NCBI GenBank assembly: GCA_030704615.1
Contig: CM060731.1
Coordinates: 79,050,001 to 79,114,000 of the forward strand
DNA: 64,000 bases
Direction: 5' to 3'
Origin: Takakia lepidozioides
Taxonomy: Eukaryota > Plantae > Bryophyta
In this document: positions 26,601 to 39,961 of the stretch, piece after piece
How positions within the stretch are numbered: the stretch's first letter is position 1
Layout of the letters: every line of letters starts with the position of its first letter
Made by a program: the position numbers and the translations under genes
The notes under the pieces: model-generated
Database searches by the model: none
What the model saw: the letters and a program-made list of their open reading frames with translations, nothing else
Told to the model about the DNA's origin: nothing

Positions 26601-27607
26601 TTCCCAAAAGGCTGCCGGCATGGGAGGCATCTCTTGGTTTGTCGGAGCTCTCAAGGATTCCTCGGGCTCCGACTCCTCGGATTCCTCCCGCTCTTGGGCG
26701 GCCTCGTTTTCGGAAACATGCATCGCTTCCTCAAACGGCTGCCTTGGTGACACGCCGCCCCCATCGGGCTCACCGGGATCATCATCTTTTGGGCCGTTCC
26801 GCTTTCGCTTCAGCTTGCCCGACCCCATGATGAGGCCCATCCCAAGGACGATCGCGTACTGAACTCTAAGCTCTGATACCAAATGTCGCGCACCTCACTT
26901 CGGTAAGCTCCCCTTCAAGTCATAGTTACTCGCTTTGATGCGCGCGCCTAACTCCCAACCTGGCCGCCCGGGCCAACTTGGAGCTTCGGCTGCTCACCGG
27001 ACATAACGGTCCCCCTTCGCTTCCCTCTAAACCCTCCCTCCACCTATTTGGGACTAGGAGAATCCCTTTGGTAGATGGCAGTCCGGAACAGCTCCCCACT
27101 CTTTGGTCGCTTTCCGGCTCGCTCGCTTACTCACTAGTTTTTGGTCACCAACGGGTTTGCACCGTTCTCGGGGTTACTACTCCTATATATACTTCTGTAG
27201 CTGTCCGCGGGGGTTCCACAACCAGCCATGCCATTTTATGGCGAACCACCACGAAAACCCTCGACTCCCAGTGATGAGTCGCGGTGAGTCTTGGCCCACT
27301 CACCACGGCCCTTATGGACCGTGATGAGTCCCAAGACTCCCCACGACTCCCACCACGAGGTCTCCGCCCCCTGGTGAGTCCTATGCCACCCCCACTAAGT
27401 CCCGCTAAGCTACCACCACCCCTTGTGGAGCCACCCCCACCGCAACCCGGTGTGCGGGGCTCCACCTAGTGAGCGCCTCCGCCTCCTTGAGTGCCTTGGG
27501 CACTCAAGGGTGCTTCAGCCCCCCATACCTATCGCTGCGCTGCCCCCACCACAGGGGCAGCCCCTCATGTGTCCCGACCCCCTGCCTCAAGGCAAAGGGC
27601 CGCGACA
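20642..27607 (-). mobile_element. Full-length chromovirus (family A, copy 1; Galadriel-like by inference) nested in RNase H
   Basis: LTRs 20642-21367 and 26884-27607 (TG...CA); tRNA-Met PBS TGGTATCAGAGC at ~26870-26881; gag, DTG protease, YIDD RT, RNase H, integrase, chromodomain [21 protein letters not shown] imperfect (cccca-g / cccca). Confidence 0.95.
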
Positions 27608-28560
27608 CCCCACCATGCTCCAATCCTATGCAGCTGAAGTGACTCCCCCTGATAGTTCGACTCGGATAGGCGCCGAGGTCAACCTCGCCTTGAGCTCTTG
27701 GAAAGCTCGTTCCTGCTCATCTTCCGCACTACCCTCTCCTGGTCCACCTGGTCAGCTTGGTTAGAGCCTTTGCAATGGGACTAATCCCTTGACAAACCGT
27801 CTATAATAGTTGCCAACCCATGAAGCTCGAACTCGGCTCAGATCCGTGGGGCGTGGAATTGTGCATGGCCTCTACCTTAGTCTACTGTACCCCCATCCTC
27901 CAGGATATATCATTGACCCAGATACTCAATCTGGGTTGTGAAAACTTGCACTCCCCGGATGCACTTCATATGTGCTCTCTCAAGCGCTTCATACCACCTG
28001 AAGGTGTCCTCTCATGCTCCTCCATCGTAACACTGAGATGATGATGTCATCTATGTAGCACCGAGCAAAGTCCACCCCTGCTAGAATCCTATCCATGACT
28101 CTCTGAAACTCTGCAGAAGCATTCTTAAGCCCAAATGGTAAGACCGCCACTGATATAGGCAATCCTTGCCGTGCTCTTGATCCCCAGAATGCCGTCTTCT
28201 GCTTGTCCGCCTCCTTGATTGGCAACTGGTGATATCCGGATCGTAATCCAAAGTGCTAAACGGCTTAGCATGCCCGATGGCAGCAAAGAATCATCCTCTA
28301 GTGTTGGCAGGCATACTTATCGGACTTGGTCTGACGATTTAACAGGCGGTAATCACCGCACATACGTCTCTCCGTCATTGCCATAGACATCCTTCTTGGC
28401 TGGCATCACTGTGGCTGAAGCATACTCTCTCACCAGAGAGCTCCACCAAACTGCCTCCCAGGATCTTGAGTCCTCATCTGAATCAAAGACCTCTCCATGT
28501 CACTGTATCTATAGGGTCTCTGAAAGATTGGCGTCTCAGTGGCCAACTCATACGGATCTC
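27608..28560 (-). pseudogene. Reverse transcriptase of family-B copy 2 (frameshifted)
   Basis: RMCGDYRLLN, SGYHQLPIKEADKQKTAFWG, LPFGLKNASAEFQRVMD, CYIDDIII. Confidence 0.92.
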
Positions 28561-29129
28561 TTGACCACTTCAGTGTCAAGTCTCTTTCAACGAAGGCAAA
28601 CAATTCCTGTAAGCCCTCAGGAACCGCCGTCTACGTCGTCTCTCTCCTCCGGTGACAATGGGTCCAATGTCAGGCTCCCAATGTCCTCCGTAACTGCAAC
28701 TTAAGTCCAGTGGGCTTGAGGTGAGACGCGTCCAGTGGTTGCTATGTTGCAACCTCTTGAGCAGTACTCCCTCCTGCTCATTCAATGACAAGGCGTCATC
28801 CTGCCCCATCATCTCATCCTTGAGAACCTCCTCAACCCGAGAAGAATCCCAACCTCATCCATCACAGCCGCTTGGTCTGCCAACTCCCTCCTGAACCTGA
28901 GCACCTCCTGTGCCATGGATGCATGCCACCCCATGGATGCATGCCCCCCGTGTCCTCACATTCTCGCCCTGCCAACTCCCTCTGTTGAACCTAGAGCACC
29001 TCCACGTGTTGCCATGGATGCATGCACCCCGTGGTACTCACATGCTCGCCCCCACTCATGACCTGTACTGTCTCGGTAGGCAGAGAGGACCATTGGGAAG
29101 TGTACTACGCACTCTGCATTGCTCAGCAG

Positions 29130-29900
29130 AGCCAAGCTGATTTAATCCAGGTCAAAGCAATTGAGATCCATTGCTTGCCCCAACCTTGACGACGTGATGC
29201 CTCAGAAAGAGACGACACCGCGTGGTACAGTGGTAAAACCATTGCCCGCTCAACGCTCGTCAGCATTAGGCTCCACTAACTGCCAATTGAGCATCCCACA
29301 GGAGGCGGTCCACTATCCGGAAAGCATGCGATCCTGGGAATCGAATGAGCAGTGTAGGTAATGCTGCTCGGGGGGGACCCACCTTGTGACACTGCAAAGG
29401 CGAACGGTCATCGTGTCTCACACGCTGAGACTGCATCCCTGTGTCCAGAATGTTATCCACTGTGAGATGTGCATGGCACTGCACCCCATCAAATGCACGC
29501 TTGAGCAGTGCGGGTGGCATCAAGTTAGTCCACCATAGCCGTGGACGATGAGCCGGACCCCACTGTAGCTGCATCTAGCAACAATGTGACCCAAGCCGCT
29601 GATGAATGCCCTTGGCAGGGCCAACCTGCCCCTACCAGATCAATGGAGCCACCCCTCCAATCCTGTGCCCCCAGCAACGAAATGTCTGCTGGCAAGGCCT
29701 GCTGATATCCACGAATTGCAGACAACCGACAACAAACTCAGGGACCTCTGCATCACCAACTGAGCAACATGGCGAATTGAAACGCGTCGTGCAGTCTCAT
29801 CCCTCTCCACATACAGGTAACGCCGAACTCCGTACACCTGCCTGTAATACAAACAGCCAATCCGGTGTTGATCCTGCCAAACAAGTCCAGAAGACAAATG
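29130..29900 (-). pseudogene. C5-cytosine DNA methyltransferase domain between protease and RT (frameshifted; motif VI apparently deleted)
   Basis: Read across frames: motif I LLDLFG(R)INTGL (~29895-29860), YLYVERD, motif IV IDLVGAGWPCQGHS (~29645-29605), motif VIII LLDAATVG..AHRPRLWWTNL, motif IX EPNADER-ERAM(G)F, motif X SEASRRQ-LGQAMDLNC (~29205-29158). Confidence 0.88.
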
Positions 29901-30339
29901 CTTCATCCGGATACTGCCACACAATAGGTGTGGTGTCCAATGGAGACAATTGAGGTGGTCCTGGTGCAATCCCCGCACTCTCCTCCTCTCCTGACGGTAC
30001 AAAAGCCTCCACCCAGGCTTGTTGCACCCGTCGATCAGCATCCCGCTGCAAAATCCTTTCTCGTGCCCCACAATGGGGGGTCGAGCAACCATGGTAGGCA
30101 CCTCGCGCCATACCATACATGTCCATCCTGCTCTCCCGGAGGTGGTACATCACTCTGAATGAGCATGCCCTCAAGCAACTCTCTAGGCCAACTCACTTGC
30201 CCCTGCCCCCGCTGTGAATGCTGCTAGTGTCGGCATCTTGCCTCGCTGGGCAACCGCAACTCTCCTCCTATGAACGTCACAGGGAGCTGCACAACGCCGG
30301 CCCTCCCCTGACTGCCATGCAGGCCTATAGGAAGCTGAC

Positions 30340-30830
30340 TCCTCCCAAAAATCCAGGGTGAAGCCCATGGGTACAACACTGCCCCACCAACCAGGACATC
30401 CTATGAGACCGCGTTGTCCAATGGCCTTGGCTCGCATCACTGAGCCATCTGTAGGGCTCCTCCCAAAAATCCCTCCTCCCAAAAATCCAGGTGAAGCCCA
30501 TGGTGTAACAACACTGCCCCACCAACCAGGACATCCTATGAGACCGCTCTGTCACAATGGCCTGGCTACGCATCCCTGAGCCATCTGTAGGGTGATCCGG
30601 CCGTAGTCTGATAGCCAACTCACGCCGTGTCATGCCCCGAGCGTGCTCGATCCTCCCAGAGACGTCTGAATCTGGAAAGGACAAGGCTCCATATCCGCCT
30701 CCTGTGAGGCCCAACCTGGCAATAGCAGCTTCTGGCCCAGCATCAATGGCTGAGCTCCCGATCCAACAAGACCGCCAGTGGCCGGTACCCTCTTGCCTGC
30801 CGGTCCACTCAAACAGAAATGCCATCCTGG
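30340..30830 (-). pseudogene. Aspartic protease of family-B copy 2, with a ~130-bp tandem duplication
   Basis: LLD/SGAQPLMLG across a frameshift; block 'aaaaatccagg..gagccatctgtaggg' at ~30347 and ~30481. Confidence 0.7.
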
Positions 30831-31199
30831 TTGTCTAACATGACAACTCCAGGTGTCACCATGGCGCGCTCAATGGCTGGCCTAGCTGGCAGCTCCATCA
30901 ACCTGGCAGGTGCAGTTGCCATTGGGCTCCGCTGTGGCAGTCTTGACCCTCAAATCCGAGGATCCCTCGGCACTACACCTCCCCGTATCTCCGCAGAAGA
31001 TGAAGTAACCTAACCTCCCACTCTCACAGAGTGTAGCTGCCAGCCTGAACACCTCAGCTGCTCTTACACCCCCTGGCGTCACAATCATGGTAGCCGAGAA
31101 CAATGGAGCCTGGCACACAGATGTGGCCGCTCCTAGCAGCACACTACCTGCCGTAGCCTTGGCAACACTAGGTAGTGTGCTACCCGTGTAGCTCTCCCC

Positions 31200-32330
31200 A
31201 ATGGCATAGTAACCTTTGCATTGGTAACAGTCGGGCGAGAACTAGGTGCCATGGATGGCGTCGACACTGTCCCGCCAATGTGAATAACTGAGGAAGCCTA
31301 GCCTGACGGCTTGCCTCCCCACGCTGTGGATCCACTCCACCTCTGCACCTCGTGGCTCAGGAACTCGTGCTGCTCCTCGAGTCACGGCTGCAGCAGACTC
31401 CACCTGCACTAGTGGTAGTGCTGCTCCACACATGAATCCCATGCCTCCCATATCTCCTCCCTCAGTAGTAGGATGTGGACCATCCGGCCTTAGAGCCAGT
31501 ACCACCTGAGCTGTCGCCATGGCAGCGGCCTCTGCTCTAGCTGCTGAAGCCGGTTGGCCATGCCTTGGTCACACCCTGATCTCCGCGTCCTTGGCCATGT
31601 TGAGCTTGCCCTTGGCCTGCACCTCGTGCTGGCCACCTCGTCCTCTCTGGGATGCTCCACCTCGCCCCCGGCCACCATTTTTCCCTTGAACTGGCCTGGC
31701 GCAACTCAGGATGCAAACCATAAACACTGGCCTCTCCATGCCCGTGTTTGCCACAATGCCCACACTGCAACTATCCCATTGCTACTTGCTGAAGCTGCCG
31801 GTGCAGCGGTAGTTGTAGCCACTGCCCTCGTGGCTCTAGTGCCCCTAGTGATGGAGACATATCGGGTGACCAGTACATCCTCCACTCCTCGATCTCAACC
31901 TCATGTGCCCCCGCCTGAACTCATGGTAATCATCCATAGGCAGCCCCTCCTCAAGTGCCGAAACAACCCCTTCCATGCCATGAAAGGCGTAAATAGTTGT
32001 GGATTGCGCATTTGCTGCAAATCACACACCACTATCAAACTCTTGGATAAATCATCCAACTCGATGGTGCCACTGCCCCAGAGTACCTTCGTGGCCCCTT
32101 GGTAGCTCCATACATCTCCTCCATTGTGTCCCACAACAATGGCAAAGAAACACTTGCACCGCCGGTAGGAGTCCTCCTGATTCACAATCCGAATCAGAAC
32201 CTTCCGTAGAAGACACGGAGGTGAAGGTGGCCTAAACCGCACACCTCGTCTCGTGTACCCACTAGTATCGCTAGTGCTCAAACCGTCACTGTCCCAGCAA
32301 CTAGTGGCACCCTCCGTGTTGACACTCAAC
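31200..32330 (-). pseudogene. Gag remnant of family-B copy 2 with zinc knuckle
   Basis: QCGHCGKHGHGEAS knuckle at ~31730-31770; position upstream of the protease. Confidence 0.65.
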
Positions 32331-34559
32331 CGGTCATGAACATGTCCCTAACCCTAACCCCCTCTCCACAAGGTAACCGGGTAGAGAACCTGTTGCGGCT
32401 TATGGTTTGGAATACTAAGTTCCTAACATAGCCTACACCTGTACCTGCATCCACCGCAAGCACTCCTATGGTTGGCTGGTCATCACCTCCAACCTCACCA
32501 CAGGAGAAACAATGATGGTCTGGCTGGTCATCACCCCAGCCTCACCATCGACAACATGCTCTAGGACTGGCCGGTGATCAATCCAGACCAATCACCTATA
32601 AAAACAAGCGCCCACCACAAAAATACATGGCGCACAGTCAAGCATGCAGGTATGGAGGGGATCCAAACAAAGAAATCAGAACGACAACTCCCCCCACAAA
32701 ACAACTCCACGGTGTTGCTCCTGCAAGGACACCCCAGCCCACACCGGACTGACTCTTGCCTCACCTACGGAAAAGTCTTGGGCTAATGAGAGGGGGGAAA
32801 CTACGAGGAAGAGAAGCTAAAGCAATGCCTAATCCCAGCATGCCCTCATCCCAACACTCTTCCTCTCCTCTCTTCCCTCACTTGCATGACCATGGATATC
32901 ATGAAGATCTCCTCAACCACCAAAACAGCCCTCCACGATCTTCAAAATTCGGCCTCAAGACCACAAACATCTAGTCCCTTAGTGTCGCGCACCTCACTTC
33001 GGTAAACTCCCCTTCAAGTCATAGTTACCGCTTTGATGCGCGCGCCTGACTCCCAACCTGGCCGCCGGCCAACTTGGATTTCGGCTGCTCACCGGGACAT
33101 AACGGTCCCCTTCGCTTCCTCTAAAACCCTCCACCTATTTGGGACTAGGAGAATTCCCTTTGGTAGATGGCAGTCCGGAACAGCTCCCCACTCTTTGGTC
33201 GCTTTCCGGCTCGCACGATTACTCACTAGTTTTTGGTCACCAACGGGCTTGCACCGTTCTCGGGTTACTACTCCCTATATATACTTCTGTAGCTGTCCGC
33301 GGGGGTTTCATAACCAGCCATGCCATTTTATGGCGAACCACCACGAAAACCCTCGACTCCCGGTGGTGAGTCGCGGTGAGTCTTGGCCCACTCACCGCGG
33401 CCCCAATGGACCGTGATGAGTCCCAAGACTCCCCACGACTCCCACCTCGAGGTCTTCACCCCATGGTGAGTCCTATGCCACCCCCACTAAGTCCCACTAA
33501 GCTACCACCACCCCTTGTGGGACCCCTCCACCGCAACCCGTGTGCGGGGCTCCACCTAGTGAGCGCCTCCGCCTCCTTGAGTGCCTTGGGCACTCAAGGG
33601 TGCTTCAGCCCCCATACCTATCGCCGCCATCGCTGCCGCTGCCCCACCACAGGGGCAGCCCTAATGTGTCCCGATGTGTCCCGACCCCCTGCCCTCAAGG
33701 CAAAGGGCCGCGACACACACCCCTACCAACAGGGAGTCGATGTCCTCATCGACTTGTCCATTTTGTAGAAACGAACATCCAAGTTGTGGCGTCCCACATC
33801 AAGGAGTTTGTTTCCGTACCATGGCGTCCCATGGCAAAGAACCAAACCCCACACTTGACTCCACTCTCCACTAGCTAGTTCGGCCGACTTCCTCCAAGTC
33901 CGGCCAAGGGTGGAGCCTCTCCAGCTCCTCCCAGTGCACTCTTCTTGGCCTACTTCAAGGCCAAGGAACGATCCTCCCCGAGGATCGAATCGCCTTACTG
34001 CAACAACATTGCTTGCGATCGCTCATGATGCCGCTTTTGGCATCACCTTGAGCAAGGGTTCACCTGGAACCCTCTTTGACTAGGAAGATAACCTTGAACC
34101 AACCGTGCGCCCCAATCACTACAATTGGGTCCGCCTTGGAATGCTGGCCTGAGGTACAGGAACACGCCGAAGCCGCACTACGACTTCGTCCCGAGGCTAC
34201 ACGATTATAGTACGTGAACGGAAGCACGTAGCTTCCGCGTTAGCCCGCACTACAAGGCAACCCCCTCGGTAGCGCAGTTATAGTACGCGCACGCGCCAGG
34301 TGCGCACTAGCACTTGAACTCCCAATAAGGCGCAAGTTTCCTTGCCCCTTGGATGGGAGTCACCCGATTTCGGCACTGCGCAAACACACGATTAACCAAT
34401 TTACCTCTCCCACTTTTGTAAGCTAGCATGCATTCTACACACTAGCCAACCACACCATGCATCACCATTTCAAACACAATAGGACGCACAATATTTGGAA
34501 CCCATTTCCTTTATAACAAATTTTTGTACAATACAAGTTTTTGCAATCGGATTCCTGAG

Positions 34560-37500
34560 CTAGCTAAACCGGGCTAAGCATGCATTTCCTCCCCCACGCT
34601 CCAAGGTTGATGTCCCCATCAACGTTTCTTCTTCGCTTTTGAGGTCGCCCTTCGAACGCTGCAACTGCCTCGGATGCGTTTCCCATTTCTGAGGCACGCA
34701 CCCAAGATGCCTCCACAAGATGATAGCCCTTCCATTTGACGAGATACTCCGTTTCTCGGTTCTTGAACCTCCTCGACTTAAGTATTGCCTCCACCTCGTA
34801 CTCGGTTCATTTTCATGATCCAACAGCATAGGTGGCGGACGCAACACTTGCTGCCGATTCGGACGTGCTTCATCTTTGAAGTAAGGCTTCAAAAGGGAGA
34901 CATGGAATACTGGGTGCACCTTGCTGTTTGCCGGCAGCTCCAATTCATACACATCCTCATTCATAACCCTCCGAATGCGAAAGGGACCCGCATACGGAGG
35001 TACGAACTTCGGACTCACTTCCGGAGGTAGTCGAAAATTCTTGATGTTCAACCAGACCTCTGTGCCTGCCTCAAACTTCACTTCCCTCCGCTTCCGATTC
35101 GCCTGCCTTTCATACCGTTTCCTAGCTTTGGCAATGTTGTACTTTGCGAGCTTCAACAAACGCTCGCGTTCTTCCAGCACCGCCGCTACTGCCGGTTCCT
35201 CAACGTCCTGGGCGGCCCAACTTGTCGGCACCAGAGGTGCTTTTCCATAGACCAACACAAAAGGGGAAACTCCCGTCGCGGAGTGTTCTGTGTTATTATA
35301 ACAGAACTCTGCCGCGTCTAAGTGTTCCATCCAGTCTGATTGGTCTGCCGACACGTAATTCCGCAAGAATTGCTTCACTACGGAATTCACTCTTTCCGTT
35401 TGGCCGTCCGTCGTAGGTCGGAAGGCGGTGCTCATCTTCAGCCTCGTCCCCATCTTCTTCCAAAGTGCTCTCCAAAATTTACTCGTAAACTTTGGTCGCG
35501 GTCCGAGACAATATCCTTCGGGACTCCATGATGCTTTAAGACGTGGGCGAAGTAAAGTCGCCCTGTCTCCTGCGCCGTTGCCGTCTCCTTGGTGGGGATG
35601 AAATGGGCCATTTTACTGAACCTATCTACCACCACCATGATTGCATCGAATCCTTTTGACAGCGGCATAGCAGTCATGAAATCCATCGAGACGCTTTCCC
35701 AAGTCCCCTCTGGAATCGGCAAGGGTTGTAACAGCCCCGCTTGCTTTTTGTACTCGCTCCGGTTTTGTTGGCATGTGGTGCATGTCTTGACATACTCCTC
35801 TGCCTCCTCCCTCAGTTTGGGCCAGAAATACTCTTTCTTCAAGAGTGCCGCAGTGCGCTTGGCTCCGCCGTGGCCCGCAAGCAGGCTATCATGGCATTCT
35901 CTCAAGAGGCTATCTCTGATCCCTCCCTTTGGCACATAGAGACGTTTTTGCTTATACCGGAGCAGTCCTTTTGCAAGTGGAACTGCGATTTAACCCCCAT
36001 TCTCAAGTCCTGCATCACGCGCTTTGCCAGCTCATCCTTCCGGCAAGCCTTCCGGATCTTCCTTTGGAGCGCCGTCTCGCCCTTGTACACCAACAAGAGC
36101 TGCTGCTTTCTACTTAAAGCATCGGCCACCACATTGTCCCGTCCCGGTTTGTACTGGATATCCACGTCGAACACTGCCAAAGTATCTTGCCACCTAAGTT
36201 GTTTTGGGGACAACTTGGGCTGCGTGGCAAAATACTTCACCGTGACATTGTCCGTGAACACCTTCACTGGGTTGGAACCAACATAGTGGCGCCAGAGTTC
36301 AAGGCAATGCACCACCGCCTTCATCTCTTTTTCGTGCGTCGGCCACCGTCGCTCCACTTCATTCAGTTTCTTACTTTCGTAAGCCACTGGACGTCCATCT
36401 TGCATAAGTACACCCCCAATCGCGAAGTCCGATGCATCTGTATGAATCTCAAACGGACGATCGAACTCCGGGATTTTCAAGACTGGAGCTTCCGTCATCC
36501 GCTGCTTCAATTCAGCAAAAGCTTGGCCACAAAATGTGTTCCATACCCAGACTTTGGATTTACACAGAAGGTCCGACAGCGGCCCCGCGATCTTGGCGAA
36601 ATTTCTCACATACTTCCGGTAATAGGAGGCGAGTCCTAGGAAGGATCGCACTCCCGGGACCGAAGTCGGAGGCTCCCAGTCCAAGATCGCCCTCACCTTT
36701 CTGTCATCCATTTTGATCCCATCCTGTGTAATCACATGCCCCAGGAACTCCACTTTTGTGACCCCGAATTCGCACTTTGAAGCTTTGGCATACAGCTTCC
36801 CTTCCCGCAATTTTTGGAACACCCTTTTGAGGTGCTCCAGGTGCTCCTCCTTTGTTTTCGAGTACACCAAGATGTCGTCGATGTACACGATCACAAAGTC
36901 ATCCAACCACTCCTGGAAAAGGCTGTTCATCAGCGTGCTAAATGTCGCTGGTGCATTGGTGAGCCCAAAAGGCATCACCAAGAACTCATATGAACCATAC
37001 CTTGTCCTGCACGCGGTCTTCTCCTCATCTCCTTCCGCCACCCGAATTTGGTGATAGCCGGAGCGCAAGTCGATCCGGCTGAAATACTTCGCTCCTGCCA
37101 ACCGATCGAAGAGGTCGTCGATCCTTGGCAAAGGGTACCGGTTTTTGATAGTCACCTTATTCAAAGCCCTGTAATCGACACACATCCGCAGCGTCCCATC
37201 CTTCTTGTCTGCGAATAGCACCGGGGCTCCGTAAGGTGACTTACTCGGCCGGATGTACCCCTTTGACATTAGATCCTTGAGCTGAGTCTTCAGCTCGACC
37301 AACTCTCTGTGGCTCAACCGGTAGGGCGCCTTGGCAGGCGGTTCCGATCCCGGTATCACCTCAATCTTGTGGTCAACTCCTCTTCGCGGTGGCAAGCCGC
37401 TTGGTAAATCCTCCGGCATCACATCCTGGTATTTCTCCAAAATCCCTTTGATCCAATCTGGGCTCGGCTCCCCATCGCCTTCTCCTTTCACTTCTCTAAT

Positions 37501-37680
37501 GTAAAGCAAAAACTGGGACTCGTGTGCCTCCTCCACGGCCCACTCCTTTGCTGACAGAAGGTTTATTCGCCCTCCCACGGATTTGGGCGTTTCCGACACT
37601 CGTAAAACTTCGCCACCATTCCCACATGGCAGCGTGACTACTCTCTTGCGGCCATCTATGACCGCTCCGGATTTGCTCAA
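34560..37680 (-). CDS. Pol (RT, RNase H, integrase, chromodomain) of family-A copy 2, split by a few frameshifts
   Basis: ORFs 35902-37680 (YIDD, TDASD), 35438-35935, 34560-35453 ([12 protein letters not shown]) and 34564-34794 (chromodomain). Confidence 0.93.
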
Positions 37681-39180
37681 AAGGTCATCCCCAAAATGAG
37701 ATCCACTCCATCGATCTCGCAGATAGTGAAGTTCTCACGTCCCTCCCAACTCCCCAGTTGAAGAGGAACATCAAACGCCAACCTTGTCGCCAACTGAGGT
37801 TCTCCTTTGGCAGAGCGCACCTCAATAGAGGCCCCCACGTCACTTGTCGGGAGTCCCAACTTTCGCGCCGCCGCCAGGCGTCATGAAGGAGTGCGACGCT
37901 CCTGTGTCCACCAACAACGACACGTTAGTTCCGGATATTATCCCATCCACGAACAATAACTGACTCCCTTTACGCAGGGCGCCAGTTTCCTGATACAACT
38001 CACAAGAATAGTTGCCTACCTTGCAAGTCCTGGCGACCACCGCTTCCACCAAGCGACTGATGGTATCTTCCGACAGCTCCGTGGTCGCCCGAGTCATGTT
38101 CAATTGCCGGGGCTTCGTGCACTTCTTGGCCATGTGCCCGGGCTCCCCGCAATTGAAACACACTCCATCAAAGGTCGCCTTCTGTCCGCCATAAGCCGCT
38201 CCACCCGCTTTTCCTTTCGAAGCACCGGGTGCCGCCTTGACGTGTGAAGGCCCTCCCTTCGATTTCCACGTGCCATTTTCGCCGCGTGGCCTATCCCACT
38301 TCTTTTCCGGTCGGAGGAGTCACCTTCCCGCCGGGTCTTCTTGTGGTTCAGCTCCGTACGGCCTTGTCTCTCACCCCTAGGGACATCCGAGAAACATTCA
38401 GCTCTCTCAATTGCCTCGTTCAAAGTCTTGGGTGGCTTCTCCTCCAACTTCCGCCTAGCCCATGGGGCCAGTCCCGCCACAAAGTTGAAGACCATTTCTG
38501 GTTCTGCCATGTCCGCGACTTCGAGCAACAGCACATTGAAAGCCTGGACATACCCCCGAATGTCATCTGTTTGCTTCAAATTCCTCATCTTGTCCCGGGC
38601 AAGCCAGGATGCGTTGAGGGGCACAAACTGTCTCTTCATCAATTCCTTGAACTCACTCCAGTTCAAGGTTTCCGGGCTTGGGCCTCGGTCGTGAAGGCGT
38701 TTCTGCCACCATTGTTGAGCATAGCCCCTCAAATAGGTGGGAGCCACTTCCACCCGATCCTCGTCACTCAACTTGGCCGCCCGGAAGTACTGCTCTAGCT
38801 CCAGGAGCCAGGTGTTGAGTGCCTTCCGGTTTCGAACGCCCTCAAAGGTGCCGGGTTCCTTAGGCTTCACCTTAAACTTTGCCTTAGTGGAAGTGGCATT
38901 AGCCGTCTTCAACACGTCTTTCAACGCCCCGCCAAACTGCGCCAACAACCCTTCCCAAAAGGCTGCTGGCATGGGAGGCATCTCTTGGTTTGTCGGAGCT
39001 CTCGAGGATTCCTCGGGCTCCGACTCCTCGGATTCCTCCCGCTCTTGAGCGGCCTCGTTTTCGGAAACATTCATCGCTTCCTCAAATGGCCGCCTCGGTG
39101 ACACGTCGCCCCCATCGGGCTCACCGGGATCATCATCTTTTGGGCCGTTCCGCTTTCGCTTCGGCTTGCCCGACCCCATG
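37677..39180 (-). CDS. Gag and protease of family-A copy 2
   Basis: Retrotransposon Gag ([20 protein letters not shown]), [14 protein letters not shown] knuckle, [11 protein letters not shown]. Confidence 0.9.
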
Positions 39181-39961
39181 ATGAGGCCGATCCCAAGGAC
39201 GATCGCGTACTGAACTCTAAGCTCTGATACCAATGTCGCGCACCTCACTTCGGTAAACTCCCCTTCAAGTCATAGTTAACCGCTTTGATGCGCGCGCCTG
39301 ACTCCCAACCTGGCCGCCGGGCCAACTTGGAGTTTCGGCTACTCACCGGGACATAACGGTCCCCTTCGCTTCCTCTAAAACCCTCCACCTATTTGGGACT
39401 AGGAGAATTCCCTTTGGTAGATGGCAGTCCGGAACAGCTCCCCACTCTTTGGTCGCTTTCCGGCTCGCACGATTACTCACTAGTTTTTGGTCACCAACGG
39501 GCTTGCACCGTTCTCGGGGTTACTACTCCCTATATATACTTCTGTAGCTGTCCGCGGGGGTTTCATAACCAGCCATGCCATTTTATGGCGAACCACCACG
39601 AAAACCCTCGACTCCCGGTGGTGAGTCGCGGTGAGTCTTGGCCCACTCACCGCGGCCCCAATGGACCGTGATGAGTCCCAAGACTCCCCACGACTCCCAC
39701 CTCGAGGTCTTCACCCCATGGTGAGTCCTATGCCACCCCCACTAAGTCCCACTAAGCTACCACCACCCCTTGTGGAGCCACCTCCACCGCAACCCGGTGT
39801 GCGGGGCTCCACCTAGTGAGCGCCTCCGCCTCCTTGAGTGCCTTGGGCACTCAAGGGTGCTTCAGCCCCCCATACCTATCGCCGCCGCTGCCCCCCACCA
39901 CAGGGCAGCCCCTCATGTGTCCCGACCCCCTGCCCTCAAGGCAAAGGGCCGCGACACTTAG

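Larger units (their letters stand above)
32983..39956 (-). mobile_element. Full-length chromovirus (family A, copy 2)
   Basis: LTRs 32983-33715 and 39234-39956; perfect 5-bp TSD CTTAG; tRNA-Met PBS at 39221-39232; gag-pol with chromodomain. Confidence 0.97.
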
